From Dictyostelium discoideum (taxonomy: Eukaryota): a stretch of 64,000 nucleotides of DNA. Positions 36,960 to 49,628 of this stretch are shown in pieces. Every line of letters begins with the position of its first letter. Positions within the stretch are counted from its first letter, which is position 1. The stretch spans positions 3,584,001 to 3,648,000 of the forward strand of contig CM000152.2 in assembly GCA_000004695.1 (NCBI GenBank), written 5' to 3'. A model generated the notes under the pieces. That model had not been told where the DNA came from. It saw only the letters and a program-made list of their open reading frames with translations, and did no database searches. The translations under genes were made by a program, and so were the position numbers.

Positions 36960-37457
36960 TTATAAGGTTGACACAACGCTATCTTCTATCACTTCTTTAA
37001 CAACGGATTTCACTGTGGATGGTAATGTAATAACAGCGGATGATGGCCAGTATCTGTAAATTACGTAACCCAATGCTGAAATTGCGAGAATACCACCAAC
37101 GATTTGAAGATCACCACGTTTATAAAATGGTACTTCACTAACTAAATTTGCTAGTGGTTGTGATGGCGCTATTATCTCTTTGTTTTCTATTTCACCACCA
37201 TCGATTATCACAACCACTGGCTCTTGTTTTACTTGTGGAAGAGTGTCAAGGTCTATTAAATCGATTACTTCGCCGTCACCAGAAACACCTAATAAATCGA
37301 ATGTTGGTGATAATGATTCGGGTATCGGAATGTTAATTTGTTTTTTCGAAAGATTGGATTTTTTCTCTTTTTTATTTGTGATTGTCTTTGCTACCTTGAT
37401 TCTTGTCTTTACCTCTTTTACATTTATATTTTCTGGGTTGATAATAAGTTTTGACAT
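36960..37457 (-). CDS. Island ORF, 165 aa, with a predicted single TM helix near the C-terminus
   Basis: The GGILAISALGYVIY hydrophobic segment is preceded by a lysine-rich N-terminus. Confidence 0.35.
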   Translation of the reverse strand: MSKLIINPENINVKEVKTRIKVAKTITNKKEKKSNLSKKQINIPIPESLSPTFDLLGVSGDGEVIDLIDLDTLPQVKQEPVVVIIDGGEIENKEIIAPSQPLANLVSEVPFYKRGDLQIVGGILAISALGYVIYRYWPSSAVITLPSTVKSVVKEVIEDSVVSTL

Positions 37458-37518
37458 TTTTATTTAAATGATTATACTCATTTTATTTATTTGTTTACAA
37501 GTTTGTATTTTGAGATTT

Positions 37519-37755
37519 TTATTTATATTTTTTATCAATAAGTTCTTTGATGGAAAGTGACTCAGAATCATTGATTTCTGGTATTGTGAAATCATAACGA
37601 TTATACTTGAATGCAATGAACTCTTCTTGACTCTTGAATATTACTTTACCACGACTTGCTCTAGAGAATGTTAGATATCTTAACCAACTAACTGGTGCGT
37701 TGTTTTTTGCCAACCAACAATGAAAGTATCGTGTAGATGATAAATAAACCTCCAA
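37519..37755 (-). CDS. Island ORF, 78 aa, hypothetical
   Basis: Intact ATG ORF, 62 bp from its neighbour. Confidence 0.3.
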   Translation of the reverse strand: MEVYLSSTRYFHCWLAKNNAPVSWLRYLTFSRASRGKVIFKSQEEFIAFKYNRYDFTIPEINDSESLSIKELIDKKYK

Positions 37756-37808
37756 AAGAAATGATTCAACACCATCATCGGTACGAGGAAAGAGAACATT
37801 GAACGATC

Positions 37809-38468
37809 TTAAATTAATAGCAGATCGAGTTTATTTGGGTCATGATAAATTGGTTTTGAAAGCGAGAACACTCTAGCATTAATACCACCAAGATTTGTTA
37901 CATTTTCGGCAGAGTTTTTCGAAACACTAGTTGGTAATGGATCAAAAGCATGTTCCCATATTTCTTCTATTTCAGATTCTCCTTCTGGTTCGGAAATTTG
38001 TAGTGTATCGTTATTATGTTGAGAGTTATCGATTTCATCATCTTCCTCATTGGATTTTATAGGTGATTGGATCGTTGCTGCGCTGGTAGATGTGGCTGTA
38101 GTTGTAGTGGTTTTGGTTGGTGACCGGTAATCGTCGTGTTTCTGTTCGTCTTCTTCTTTATCTTTTGATTGTTGTTGTAAGAGTTCTTTTAGCTGTTGTT
38201 GTTTAAGTTGACGTAGTTGGTTTTGTTGATGATAGTGTTGTTCCATTTCAAGTTGTTTTGATATGTGGTGTTGTTGATTTGGTGGTGGTGAAAGGAATGA
38301 AATTGGTGATGAATAATGTTGGTGTGTTGGAGTCATTATCTCCATTGGTTGGTATGATTTATCTCTATTGTCTATTATTTCTTTGTAGATTCTATTTTCA
38401 ATTTTAGCTACATTATACTTTTTCTTTAAAACACATCGTGTTTTATTTTTTTTTTTTTCAAATACCAA
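37809..38468 (-). CDS. Island ORF, 219 aa, Gln-rich then acidic protein
   Basis: Contains HYHQQNQLRQLKQQQLKELLQQQ, a Thr/Ser tract and an acidic tail. It is the last ORF before the AT-rich host flank. Confidence 0.35.
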   Translation of the reverse strand: MVFEKKKNKTRCVLKKKYNVAKIENRIYKEIIDNRDKSYQPMEIMTPTHQHYSSPISFLSPPPNQQHHISKQLEMEQHYHQQNQLRQLKQQQLKELLQQQSKDKEEDEQKHDDYRSPTKTTTTTATSTSAATIQSPIKSNEEDDEIDNSQHNNDTLQISEPEGESEIEEIWEHAFDPLPTSVSKNSAENVTNLGGINARVFSLSKPIYHDPNKLDLLLI

Positions 38469-38538
38469 TTTAATTCTAACTTTAAATATAAAAAAACAAT
38501 GATGTTCCTATATTAAGAAACAATGTTATTTATTATTT

Positions 38539-38576
<38 letters not shown>

Positions 38577-38777
38577 AGTGTGTCTTGCATGTTTATATAC
38601 AACATTTTTTTTATTATTTTATTTTAAAAAAAAAAGCGGAACTGAAATATTTGGAAATGGTTTTTCTAAAAATAGAATTTTTTGATCGGCCAAAAATGAA
38701 AAATAATTACATCATTACAATAAAATGGGAAAATAATGAGAAAACAATAGAGATTTGTAAAAATTAATACTAAAATT

Positions 38778-38818
<41 letters not shown>

Positions 38819-39223
38819 TAATCCAAGTGTGGGAAGTTTTATATTATTAAATTTACAGATAATGCAATACCACTCTTTTTTTTTTTTTATTTGGGTGTGA
38901 TAAATAAAAAACAAAAATAAAAATAAAAAAAAAACAAATGGTGGTGATTGATTGTGTGCTGTTTTCTTAAAAAATAAATAAATAAAAAAAAAAATTTAAA
39001 AATAAAAATATACTTTTTGAAATTACATATTGACACAATGATATAAATAATTTTTTTTTTTTCATTATTATTTTTATTTTTTTGTTCACTCAAAAACATC
39101 TCTATTTTATTTTATAAAAGCTACACATTGTAAATCCAAATTTTTATTACCTTTCAAGTAAATATTATTTTTTATTTTAGTTTTAAAAATATATTTTATT
39201 AACCTTTTTTTATCTTTTTTTTC

Positions 39224-39256
<33 letters not shown>

Positions 39257-39267
39257 TCTTATAAAGA

Positions 39268-39624
39268 ATGGAAAACCCATTCAATTCCAATACCCATAAT
39301 AATTATAATTATAATAATTATAATAATAATAATTATAATAATAATAATAATTATTATAATAATAATTATAATAATAATTCAAATAATAATAGAATCTCAA
39401 TTAATGACATTTTAAATGAAGGCACTGCGCCAACAACTAAATCAATTTGCCAAAACCAAATCCATGGTCCTCCATCTAAAATTATTACAAAAGTTTTGGA
39501 TTCTAAACCACCAAGGGAAGTTGTTTCACATGATAATCATTTTAATCAACCAAATAATTTAGATAACTGTTCTTTCCAAATTACAAAAGAGGTAATTAAA
39601 ATATTTAAATCAATAATTAAATAA
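39268..39624 (+). CDS. Possible small Asn/Tyr-rich protein gene, 118 aa
   Basis: The ORF runs from ATG to stop with a poly-N/Y repeat. Its 3' half is unique sequence. No further support. Confidence 0.25.
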   Translation: MENPFNSNTHNNYNYNNYNNNNYNNNNNYYNNNYNNNSNNNRISINDILNEGTAPTTKSICQNQIHGPPSKIITKVLDSKPPREVVSHDNHFNQPNNLDNCSFQITKEVIKIFKSIIK

Positions 39625-39704
39625 AAAAAAAAAAAAAAAAAACCTTAAATATAATACTAATTTTGGGTGAATATAACATGATAAAGTCCTATAATAATAA
39701 TTAA

Positions 39705-39739
<35 letters not shown>

Positions 39740-40019
39740 TATTTATATTGATAATGATAATAGTAATAATAATAATTTTAATTGTTATAATTCAATATAT
39801 TTTGAAATCGATAATGATACAACAAATAAAACTGAAATCTGTAATAATTATTATTGAATAAATAATAATTGTGACTTGTGTGTTGGTAGTAAATACTTGC
39901 AAAGATTGTGTTACAAGAAATTAAACATTCCTGTTTCCTAACTGCAAGAAAAAAAAACTCTATTTTTACCTGGACTGCTTGGTGAAATTTTTCACTTCCC
40001 ACTTGGCAAAAAAAAAAAT

Positions 40020-40078
40020 CCAAATCAAATCAAATCAAATAAAATCAAATCAAATCAAATCAAATAAAATAAAATTAA
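40020..40078. repeat. (CAAAT)n pentanucleotide microsatellite
   Basis: Direct repeat. Confidence 0.9.
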
Positions 40079-40289
40079 ATCAAATCATTCATTATTAAAT
40101 AAAGTAATAATAAAAATAAAAATAAATAAAAATAAATAAAATATTAATTTACCACAAACAAAATCTTTTTTTTTTTTTTTTTTTATTATTTGTTTGTGTA
40201 TTTGTGAAAAAAAACCAAAGAAGTATAATAAAATCATTTTTTACAACATCATTGATTATTTTATGTATACCAAACAATAACACTATGGG

Positions 40290-40480
40290 ATTTTTAACAC
40301 TTATTTATAAAAACAAATTCGCAGTGAGTTTTCACTCTAAAATGCACTGTTTAAATACCCTAGATTTTTTTTTTTTATTTTTTATAATTATAAAACAATC
40401 TATTTAACCAAAAAAAAACTAATTTTAAATAGTCAAAATTAAATAATAATTTTCTTTTAAGTTTGGCGCCAAATTTTTTT
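40290..40480. mobile_element. Diverged left-end fragment of the TTAA/TIR element family
   Basis: ..ttcgcagtgagttttcactctaaaatgcactgtttaaatac.. plus internal sequence match 30830..31010. Confidence 0.4.
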
Positions 40481-40483
40481 TTT

Positions 40484-40735
40484 TTACATGGTACAGTGTG
40501 ATACACCATCACCTGAATCCATAACGATACCAGTGGTACGACCAGATTCATATAATGATAATACATCTTGAATGGCGACATACATAGCTCGAGTGGTGAA
40601 AGTTTCAAACATAATTTGGGTCATCTTTTCTCTATTTGCTTTTGGATTTAATGGTGCTTCAGTTAAGAGAACTGGACGCTCTTCTGGTACAACACGTAAT
40701 TCGTTGTAGAAAGTATGATTTAATAACAATAACAA
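40484..40735 (-). pseudogene. Actin gene fragment (residues about 88-170 only)
   Basis: [75 protein letters not shown] is nearly identical to conserved actin. There is no start codon and no remainder of the gene. Confidence 0.85.
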
Positions 40736-40831
40736 TAATAATTATCTACATTTTTAAATCTTCACAAACTATGAACTCATTTCTTTTAATTATTGTTTTT
40801 TTTTTTTTTTTAATTATTGTTTTTGCTAAAA

Positions 40832-40905
40832 TACCAATTACTATTATTATTACTATTACTATTACTATTACTATTACTATTACTATTACTATTACTATTA
40901 CAATT
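40832..40905. repeat. (TATTAC)n hexanucleotide microsatellite
   Basis: Direct repeat. Confidence 0.9.
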
Positions 40906-42047
40906 CGATTGGTGTTATAATCTGAAGTTTATTAAATTTCTATTTGAATCCATAACCTATTCTTATTTTGTAACTGATTCAGGTTTGGAACATTATTAAA
41001 ATAGAGTTTGTGAAGTTAAATAATTTATCGCTGAAGTTGTAGTTCAAATCTGACAACCAAAATTTATATTTTTTTTTAATTTTTTATTAGTTTTTTAACA
41101 TCGATTTAATTTTATTTATTTTTAATATGAATTTAATATAGATAAATAGACCATGATTAGATTGATTCGTTTTATGGTTGTCAAATTTTTTTATTTTGTT
41201 AACGTTGTGATACTTTTTTTTTTTTTTTTTAGGTTTCTTGTTCTTTTTATAAATTTTTTTTTATTTATTTCAATTTCCAGAATTTTATTTTTTCAACAAA
41301 AATAGGATTCACTCCAATAAAATATATTTTTTAAAAATATATATTTCTTAATTCTTACAATTAATAAGTTGAAAAAAAAATTAAAAATTAAAAATTAAAT
41401 CCAAATAAAAACTATTTTTAGAAATAAAAAAAATAAAAATAAAAATTAAATAATTAAGATTAAAAATTAAAAACACAAAAAAAATTTATACTTTTTTTAA
41501 TTTTTCTTTTTTTAATTATTTTAAATAATTTAAAAAATAATTTTGAATGTGACCAACACTTGGTCCCGTTGATGTTGCTGTTTTTGCTATTAATTTTGAT
41601 TTATTTTTTTTATTTTTTTTAAAGTTTATTTAAAATTTCCTCATTTATGTTTATCACTTTTATTTTTTTTTTTTACATATAATTTTTTTTTTCAAGAGAA
41701 GTAATTTATTTTTTTTTTTATATCTAAAAACTAGGAAAAAATATTAAAAAATAAAAATAAAAAAATCTTTTTAATTAAAAATATTTATTCGGTCATTCAT
41801 TTTTCTTTTTTTTTTTTAAAAAAAAAACAATAAATAAATAAAGGAAAAAAAGAAATTTATAAAACTTAAAAAAAAAAAGTAAAAAAGTTTTTTTTGGAAT
41901 TTATTTTTTTTTTTTTATATTTATAATTCAACAACAATAATCAAAATCAACAACATAATGTCTAAATGATCAAATAATTCTCTGGGTGAAGATATGGTCA
42001 ACCAAAATATAAAACAAGTAAAAAAAGTTCAATATAGATGTAAGTTG

Positions 42048-42078
<31 letters not shown>

Positions 42079-42749
42079 GAAAAAATAAAAACAAATAAAA
42101 AATAAATAAAAATAAAAAATAAATAAAATAAAAAAAAAATAAATAAATAAATAAAATAAATAAATAAATAAATAAATAAATAAATTAAAAAATTAATGTA
42201 TGAATTAGTAAATAAATAAATTAATATTTTTACTAATTTTTTTTTTTTTTATTTTCAAATTAGAGAATGATCATTTGGTATTACAGAGAAACTAGAAATC
42301 CAGCGATAGACTTGTTCAAAATCTTTTTTAAGCCAATACAACGCTCAATTAAATTATTATTTTTTAAAATCACATATTCACAACTATACAGTGTCAATAA
42401 TCAAAGCGCTTTGAAAATTTAAAGTACATAACAAAAAAAAAAAAAAAAATTAAACAGTGCAGGAATTGATTTTTCAATTAAATGAAATTAAAAAAAGAAA
42501 AATCTCACTATTTCCACGATTATTGTTTCTATTAATACTATAACCTCATTATTATTATTACCATTTATATTAATATTATTATAATTATTTTTATTATTTT
42601 TTTTTTTTTGTTCACCCCCAATAAATTTATCACAAAATATGTCCTCATTCATTAGTTATTAAAGAAACTAAAAATAAAATAAAACAATAAATATAATTAT
42701 AATAACAAAATAAAATAAAATAAAATAAAATAAAATAAAATAAAATAAA

Positions 42750-43245
42750 ATGTTATTAGAAATTCTCAACAGTTTAGTATCATTTTTTAGTAAGATATTC
42801 TCATTATTTGAAGGTAAAAAAGATATAAGAATAATAATGATTGGACTTGACCGTGTAGGTAATCCAATACTTTTATATAAATTAAAAGTAGGAGATGTTG
42901 TTTCAACCATTCCATCCATTGGATTCAATGTTGAACTATTGAATATAAAAATTTAAATGATAGTTTAGGATGTAGGTGGCCAGTATTAAATTGGCACATT
43001 ACAGAAACACTATAATCATGGTTCAAATGAAATCATCTTTGTAGTGGATAGAACTAATTGTGAAAGAATTAATCAAGTTAATGAAGAAGTTGATAATCTT
43101 TAATTCAAGATGAATTAAAAGGTAAATTCTTTAAATTTAAATTCAATTAAAGATAGAAAATGGTATATTCAACCATGTAGTGCCATTAAATCAAATGATA
43201 TATATGAAGGATTTGATTGGATTGCAAATTCACTCAATAATGAAT
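42750..43245 (+). pseudogene. ARF-family GTPase pseudogene (internal stops and an internal deletion)
   Basis: Aligns to 2248..2814. GKST is lost, stop codons follow NIKI, and a central block is deleted. The 5' leader (aaaat)n is conserved. Confidence 0.8.
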
Positions 43246-43559
43246 AAATAAATGAAATAAATTAATAAATAAAAACCTTGTATATTTATATATATATATA
43301 TATATAGTAAAAATAAATAAATAAATAAATAATGTTAAATTAAATTTTTTATTTTATCTTTATTTATTTTATTTTAAGTTTTTTAAGTTTTAATTTTACA
43401 CATATGTGATTTGTGATTTTAAATTCACATTTTCTTTTTATTTTATTTGAAACAGTTTTTTACACCAACTTCTTTTAATTTTTTATGATTTTCTTTTGCA
43501 ATAATCATCCTAACAATATTTTTAAAAAAAAAAAATAAAATAATTGGTTAGTTTATATT

Positions 43560-44700
43560 TTTTTAATAAAAAAAAAAATAATTTCTTACAATGAGTTGAT
43601 TTTAATTTGATTTCAAAAAAGAGAATAGAAATTTGAAAATATGAAGATGGTTCTACTATTGATAAAAGTGATGGTGATGATTGAGTGAAGAAGCAGGACA
43701 ACTGTGATAAGCAGTCATTGATTCTGTATCATCGATTGCCAATAAAACTTGATGTTGTCTTTTGTTTGATTTACATTCTTTACTTCATCACCATCATCTT
43801 GTTCCATTTCTTGATAATCTAAAACTACTTTTTTTTTATCAAGATTTGTGAGATTTTCTAATTATTCCTTTGTGAATAGTTCTTTTTGATTTAAATCATT
43901 CAATTTATCATCTTCGCCATCTTGTTGTTGATCTTTTTCAAGTTTTCTTTTTCTTTTTCTTTTTCTTTTTCTTTTTCTTTTTCTTTTTCTTTTTCTTTTT
44001 GTTTTTGTTTAAATCGATCTTGTTTAAATTTTGATGTTGATATCTTTTTATTTTCGGTTGTTGTTAAGAAGAACGGTTCTTCCACTCATTACTTGAATCA
44101 CCCATTGATATATATTGATATGGATCAACTTGTTTTTGTTTCTTTGGTGGTCGTTGTGCGCTTGATTGTGGTGGTGGTAGTGGTTGAAATTTAAGAATTT
44201 TTAAGGGAACCTGTTTGTATCATTTTCAGATGGAATTGACTGGGCCATAAAACTATTGTTATCAGCATTATCTAGATTATATTAATCTTTCATGTATTCA
44301 TAAGTGTTGAAAATTTTGATTTACTAGCAGGTGTTTTATCTTTTAACGCCTAATGATTGCCCTGAATCTTTTGGTGTTCATCTTGTTCATTGTAGTTAGT
44401 GATGTTTGATCTTCTTCTGGTTGTTCTTTCTCTGGTTAATCAACTTCTAAATTGACTGAATCAATTTTTGTTGTGGATTTGATCAATTGGTACATTCTTT
44501 GGTGCTTGTAAACTACACCATCAGCTTTTAAGGCTGGTTGATAAGAGATAACCCATTTCCTCAACTCTTGGGATTAATCCATTTACAAAATTACTAATGT
44601 TATAATTCTTCTGAATGATTCAACATTTATTCTTCTGTTAAATCATTCATAATATCAAAATCTTTACGCATCTATTTATATATTTATAGAAAAAAAAAAA
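43560..44700 (-). pseudogene. Degenerate pseudogene or repeat remnant, many stops
   Basis: 43480..43600 is similar to 9640..9760 (..attggttagtttatatttttt..cttacaatgag). 43900..44700 is similar to the reverse complement of 62300..63100. It contains a (TTTTTC)n run at 43935..43990. Confidence 0.35.
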
Positions 44701-45525
44701 TTTATAATTATTAATGTTATATTTGAAAAAAAAAAAAAATTATTAAAAAAATAAAAAAAAACTTACTTTATCATTTAAACCAGTTCTGGAATTGAACAAA
44801 TTGTTTGTTTTACACTTCTCATTTTAACTTCAGATTTAAGTAATGGTTGAGTTAAATCGGCGATTTTGTATATTGGATATTTCTTTTGGTAGTATTCCAA
44901 AAATATAGTTGTACCCTCAATAATATCGGTTACTTTTGAATTTGGACCTTTACATAATATAACGAGTTACAACAACTGGTGTTTAATAAGTTTTACCCAT
45001 TAATGAATATTCCATTGATCTCATAAACTATTTTGATTTTTAAAAAGTATTAAAAAAAAATAAAATAAAATAAAAAGATGAATATGGTTATACAAAAATT
45101 AAAAACTTACAGATTTAATTAAAATATAAAAGAGTTGAAATTATTGATTTATCATTGACTTGTATCATTTATCTCTTGCTATTTACGCTGGTGAGAAATT
45201 GGTTGATTTTGGTTTCTGGAACAGTTGCAATATCTTGGATATCATCATTATCATCTCCAACTAAATCTTTTCTTGAAATTCTTACATCTTGTGGAGCAGC
45301 CGAGGTCTAAACATAAACTGTAAAAAAAAAAAATTGAAATAATAAAAATGAAAATATATATAAACAAATTCTCAATAATAAATAAATAAATAAATAAAAG
45401 CCTTGTATATAGTAAAAAAAAAAAATGAAAAAAAAAAAAAAAAAAAAAAAAAATTTTTTATTTATATAAAAAAAAAACCATATATTTTCACATTTTAAAA
45501 TTTTTTTTGGCGCTTTTTTTTTTCA

Positions 45526-45561
<36 letters not shown>

Positions 45562-45990
45562 AGGTTAATGAAATTTCATGTTCAACACTTTTTAATATAC
45601 CACTAGATAACCAATATAAAATTGAATTAACAATAATAAATCAACGACTGAAAAAAAAAAAATGCAAATGCACTTATACGTTTTAGGTTGTAGTTTGCTT
45701 ATATGCAAAGTCAGTAAAATTTATCAGTGTTCTTTATTTAGTATAAAAGTTGTAATTAATAATTAATAATTAATAATTAATAATATATATATATATATTA
45801 TAATATATTAATCAATTTCATTCAACCAAACCAAAACAATCGCCCAAAGAGGTGGTAATGGTCCTCATTCATTAGTTATTAAAGAAATAAAAAATAAAAT
45901 AATAAAATAAAACAAATAAATATAATTAAAATAATAACAAAATAATAAAATAAAAAGCAATAAAATAAAATAAAATAAATTAAAAATAAA

Positions 45991-46492
45991 ATTTTATCAG
46001 AATTTTCAACAGTTTAGCATCATTTTTCTGTAAGATATTCTCATTAGTTGAAGGTAAACCAATACTTTTATATAAATACAAAATAGGTGATGTTGTTTCA
46101 ACCATTCCAACCATTGGATTCAATGTTGAACTATTGAATATTAAAATTTATCGATGACAGTTTGGGATGTAGGTAGTGAGTATTAAATTGACACATTATA
46201 GAAACACTATTACCATGGTTCAAATGCAATCATCTTTGTAGTGGATAGTACTGATCGTGAAAGAATTAGCCAAGTTAAAGAAGAAATTGATAATCTTTTA
46301 ACTCAAGATGAAATAAAAGGTATACAAATATTAATATTTGCAAATAAACAAGATATGGATAATGCAATGAATACTGCAGAAATGTGAACTCTGTAAATTT
46401 AAATTCAATTAAGGATAGGGATCAACCATGCAGTGCCATTAAATCACCACACGGTATATATGAAGGATTTGATTGGGTACCCAATAATTAAT
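45991..46492 (+). pseudogene. ARF-family GTPase pseudogene (ATG lost, deletion of the P-loop region, stops)
   Basis: Aligns to 2248..2814. The start ATG is mutated to ATT and GLDGAGKST is deleted. Confidence 0.8.
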
Positions 46493-46671
46493 AAATAAAT
46501 GAAATAAACAAAATAAATAAATAAAAGCCTTGTATATATAGTAAAAATAAAATAAAGATATAATAAAAAATTTTAATTTAACATTTATTTATTTATTTAT
46601 TTATTTTATTTTTAGTTAAGTTTTAATTTTACACATATGTGATTTGTGATTTTAAATTTACATTTTTTTTT

Positions 46672-49406
46672 TTAAAATTTTTTACCTATAAATTTTTTCA
46701 CACGAAAAGGTATTTTAAAGTAATAGGCAAGAGCACCGATAGCAAGAGCACCACCAACACTACCAATTGTAGAACCTATTATTAAACCATTTGATGGTTT
46801 GGATGATTTAGTTTCAACATCTCTTTGACTAACGTTTGGTGATGGAGATAATTTAATTTCTTCAATTGTGACATTATATTGAAATGATGTTGAGTTAAAT
46901 AGGAGATATAATACTCCTGATGTATTTTTCACACTTGAACCGGAATGGCATGATAAACAATCAGTATTACTATTTGTAATATTAGTTTCACTTGAATCAC
47001 TATCATCAAGTATTTCATTTGGTGATAAACTACATTCTAAATTACATGAAAGAGGAACAGTTTCTGATGAAACTGTTAAGCTTGCATTGAGAATATCTGT
47101 AAAACTATAACCACGAATTATTGCTAAAATACCTTTTTCAATTTTATTTTCAATGGTTGGAATTTCTGAAATCATTGGTTTTATATAGGTCAATGTTGTA
47201 CTTGGTCCTGAACGAACTCCAATGAATGTTGTAACAAAGAGTGAACTCTCTCTACTTTCATCTCTAACTATTAATATCTTTTCATCTTGAGCAAATACTG
47301 TGGTATTTTTATTATTTGATTTTACATTAACTTTGAATTCTTTGTCACTTGTCAATAAATTCTTACCAGAAACTGTGATAAGACCTCCACAAGCAAGTGT
47401 TTTATTATCTTTATTTGTTATACGATAAATGACAGGAGGTAATGTTAAATAAAATAATGAATCCATATAATTACCATCTACAGTAATATTAATTGGGCCA
47501 TTTTCATATGAATCCAATATTTTAATAGTTAATTGATGATCTTCTAATTCTTGAATTTCTGATGAAATGTCACTACCATTTAAATAAACTTTAATTAATG
47601 ATGTTGAATTACCAAAATTATTACCGTGTAATTCAATATTAGTTCCATCATCAGAAATTGTACGATTCTCAACTTCTGGTGGTGCATATGAGAATTGATC
47701 ACTGACTGTCTCTGAGTTTAATTTGAATATAAATTGTTTATTAATACCAGTACCGTATGGTGTTGGACATGTTGTTTCATAGTAACTAGAATTTGATGAT
47801 GGTATTGAACATGGTGAGGCTGATGATGAATCACCAACAGTAATACTTGGTGCTGATGAACTAATTGTACAATCCATATAATATATTTCAATATTTAATA
47901 TTCCATTTGATACTGTTGGTCTATTAATTACATTTACTGATAATGATGCTGAAATTGAAAGTGTTTTTGCGGTAATACCAGAACGAGTGAAATTAATATT
48001 AAATGATCTACATCTTAAATGAGGTAATTCAAATGTTACACTCTTTTCATCAGATGATGATACATTAAATTGGCTAATGTTTGTATTTTTAATTCCATCA
48101 CCATATAATTGAATGGATGATTCGTTATTTGTACCAAGATTTGTACCAATTAATGTAACGATACCATTAGAATATGATCCACTTGATAATGTCGGAATAT
48201 TATATGTAAATGATACACCATTAGGACTTGTTGAATCACAACCACCGAAATTAACGTTAACTGGTAAGTTTTTACCACCCAATTCATTTGCATCCAATTT
48301 ACATTCCAATTCAGTTGTTGTTGATTTAATAAATTTACATACTTTATCACCAATTGTAATTGATGGTGTCAATGATGAATTTAAAGTTGAAGATAATTTT
48401 TCACCTTTAATTGTAACAATACCATCTAAATGATTTGATACTGATGATATTGATGTTATTATTGCTGGGAAACAATGAATATAATTCTTTTCTATTGAGA
48501 CCTCATCTACGGTAATATTAACAGACATTGGACCGGGATCAACTCTATTATAGTTATTCACTTGAATTTGTTTATGATTTACTGAAATGATAAAATTGGG
48601 TTGGTCAATACCATCAAAAGAAACCTTAACCAAGTCTTTATCTGTAAAGAAGTTATCACCATTAATTGTTATTATTTGTTTTGATGAGTCTGAGACAGAG
48701 CTTGATATTATAGGCGATTCGTATGAAAATGGTACAGGATTATCCCCAGTTTCATCATAGTACAACCTAAATTTTCCGGATCCTGGTGGAAATGTTACAG
48801 TAATATTATTACAGTCAAAAGATGGATCAGAGAAATTACCTTTAACAACAAAAGGTTTATTTACATCAATGGAATTAATAAGGAAATTAGGACCACCAAA
48901 TAATCTTAAATATGAGCCAGTAATGACTATATCTTCACCAGATGTTTTTGGTTTTTTACTATATTTCAAATTGTATACTTTTGGATAATATACTAAACCC
49001 GAAGCATCAAATGTACAATCCTCAACAGTATTTGATTTATCTCTAACACATACCTTACTGTCTATACTACCCCATAATCTTGAGAATGGTTCATCTGAAT
49101 GGAATAAACAATGTCTCTCTCCATCAACTAGAGAACAATTGAAATAATTTGGTGCCATTTCAGTTCTGGGTTCTTTTTCGTTTTTATACAAAATTAAACG
49201 GGTAGAATATGGGAGATTACTATTAAAAATTAATGTAAATGATTTATCATCATATATTGCATCTAATAAAAAAAATTAATTACATAAACAAATTATTATA
49301 AAGAATTAAAAATTTAATGATACTTACCTATTGGTGTTGGAGGATTCATTGAATATCCTGATATAAAGAACAAAAATAAAATCAGTAATATTATTTTCTT
49401 TTCCAT
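46672..49406 (-). CDS. tgrC1: Tgr-family, tgrC-like type I membrane glycoprotein, 889 aa. Structure is join(49328..49406,46672..49262). It is the partner of the divergent tgrB-like gene.
   Basis: Exon 1 encodes [27 protein letters not shown] (GTAAGT donor). Exon 2 is an 839-aa open frame with IPT/TIG-like repeats, the [15 protein letters not shown], and the 14-aa tail [14 protein letters not shown]. The symbol is tentative. It is chosen because this is the only intact divergent B/C pair in the window, and that architecture is known for D. discoideum tgrB1/tgrC1. Confidence 0.75.
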
Positions 49407-49597
49407 TTTTATCAATGATTTTTTTTATTTTGAATTTGGCTTTTTAATAATTTTTATAAAAGAAAATTAAAAAAGAGAAATTTAATTATTTTAGGAAAAT
49501 TTAATTTTTATTAAATAGATAAAAAAAGATTAAAAAAAAAATTAATTTATAATAAATGTAGAAAAAAAAAATAAAAAAATAAAAAAATAAAAAAATA

Positions 49598-49628
<31 letters not shown>

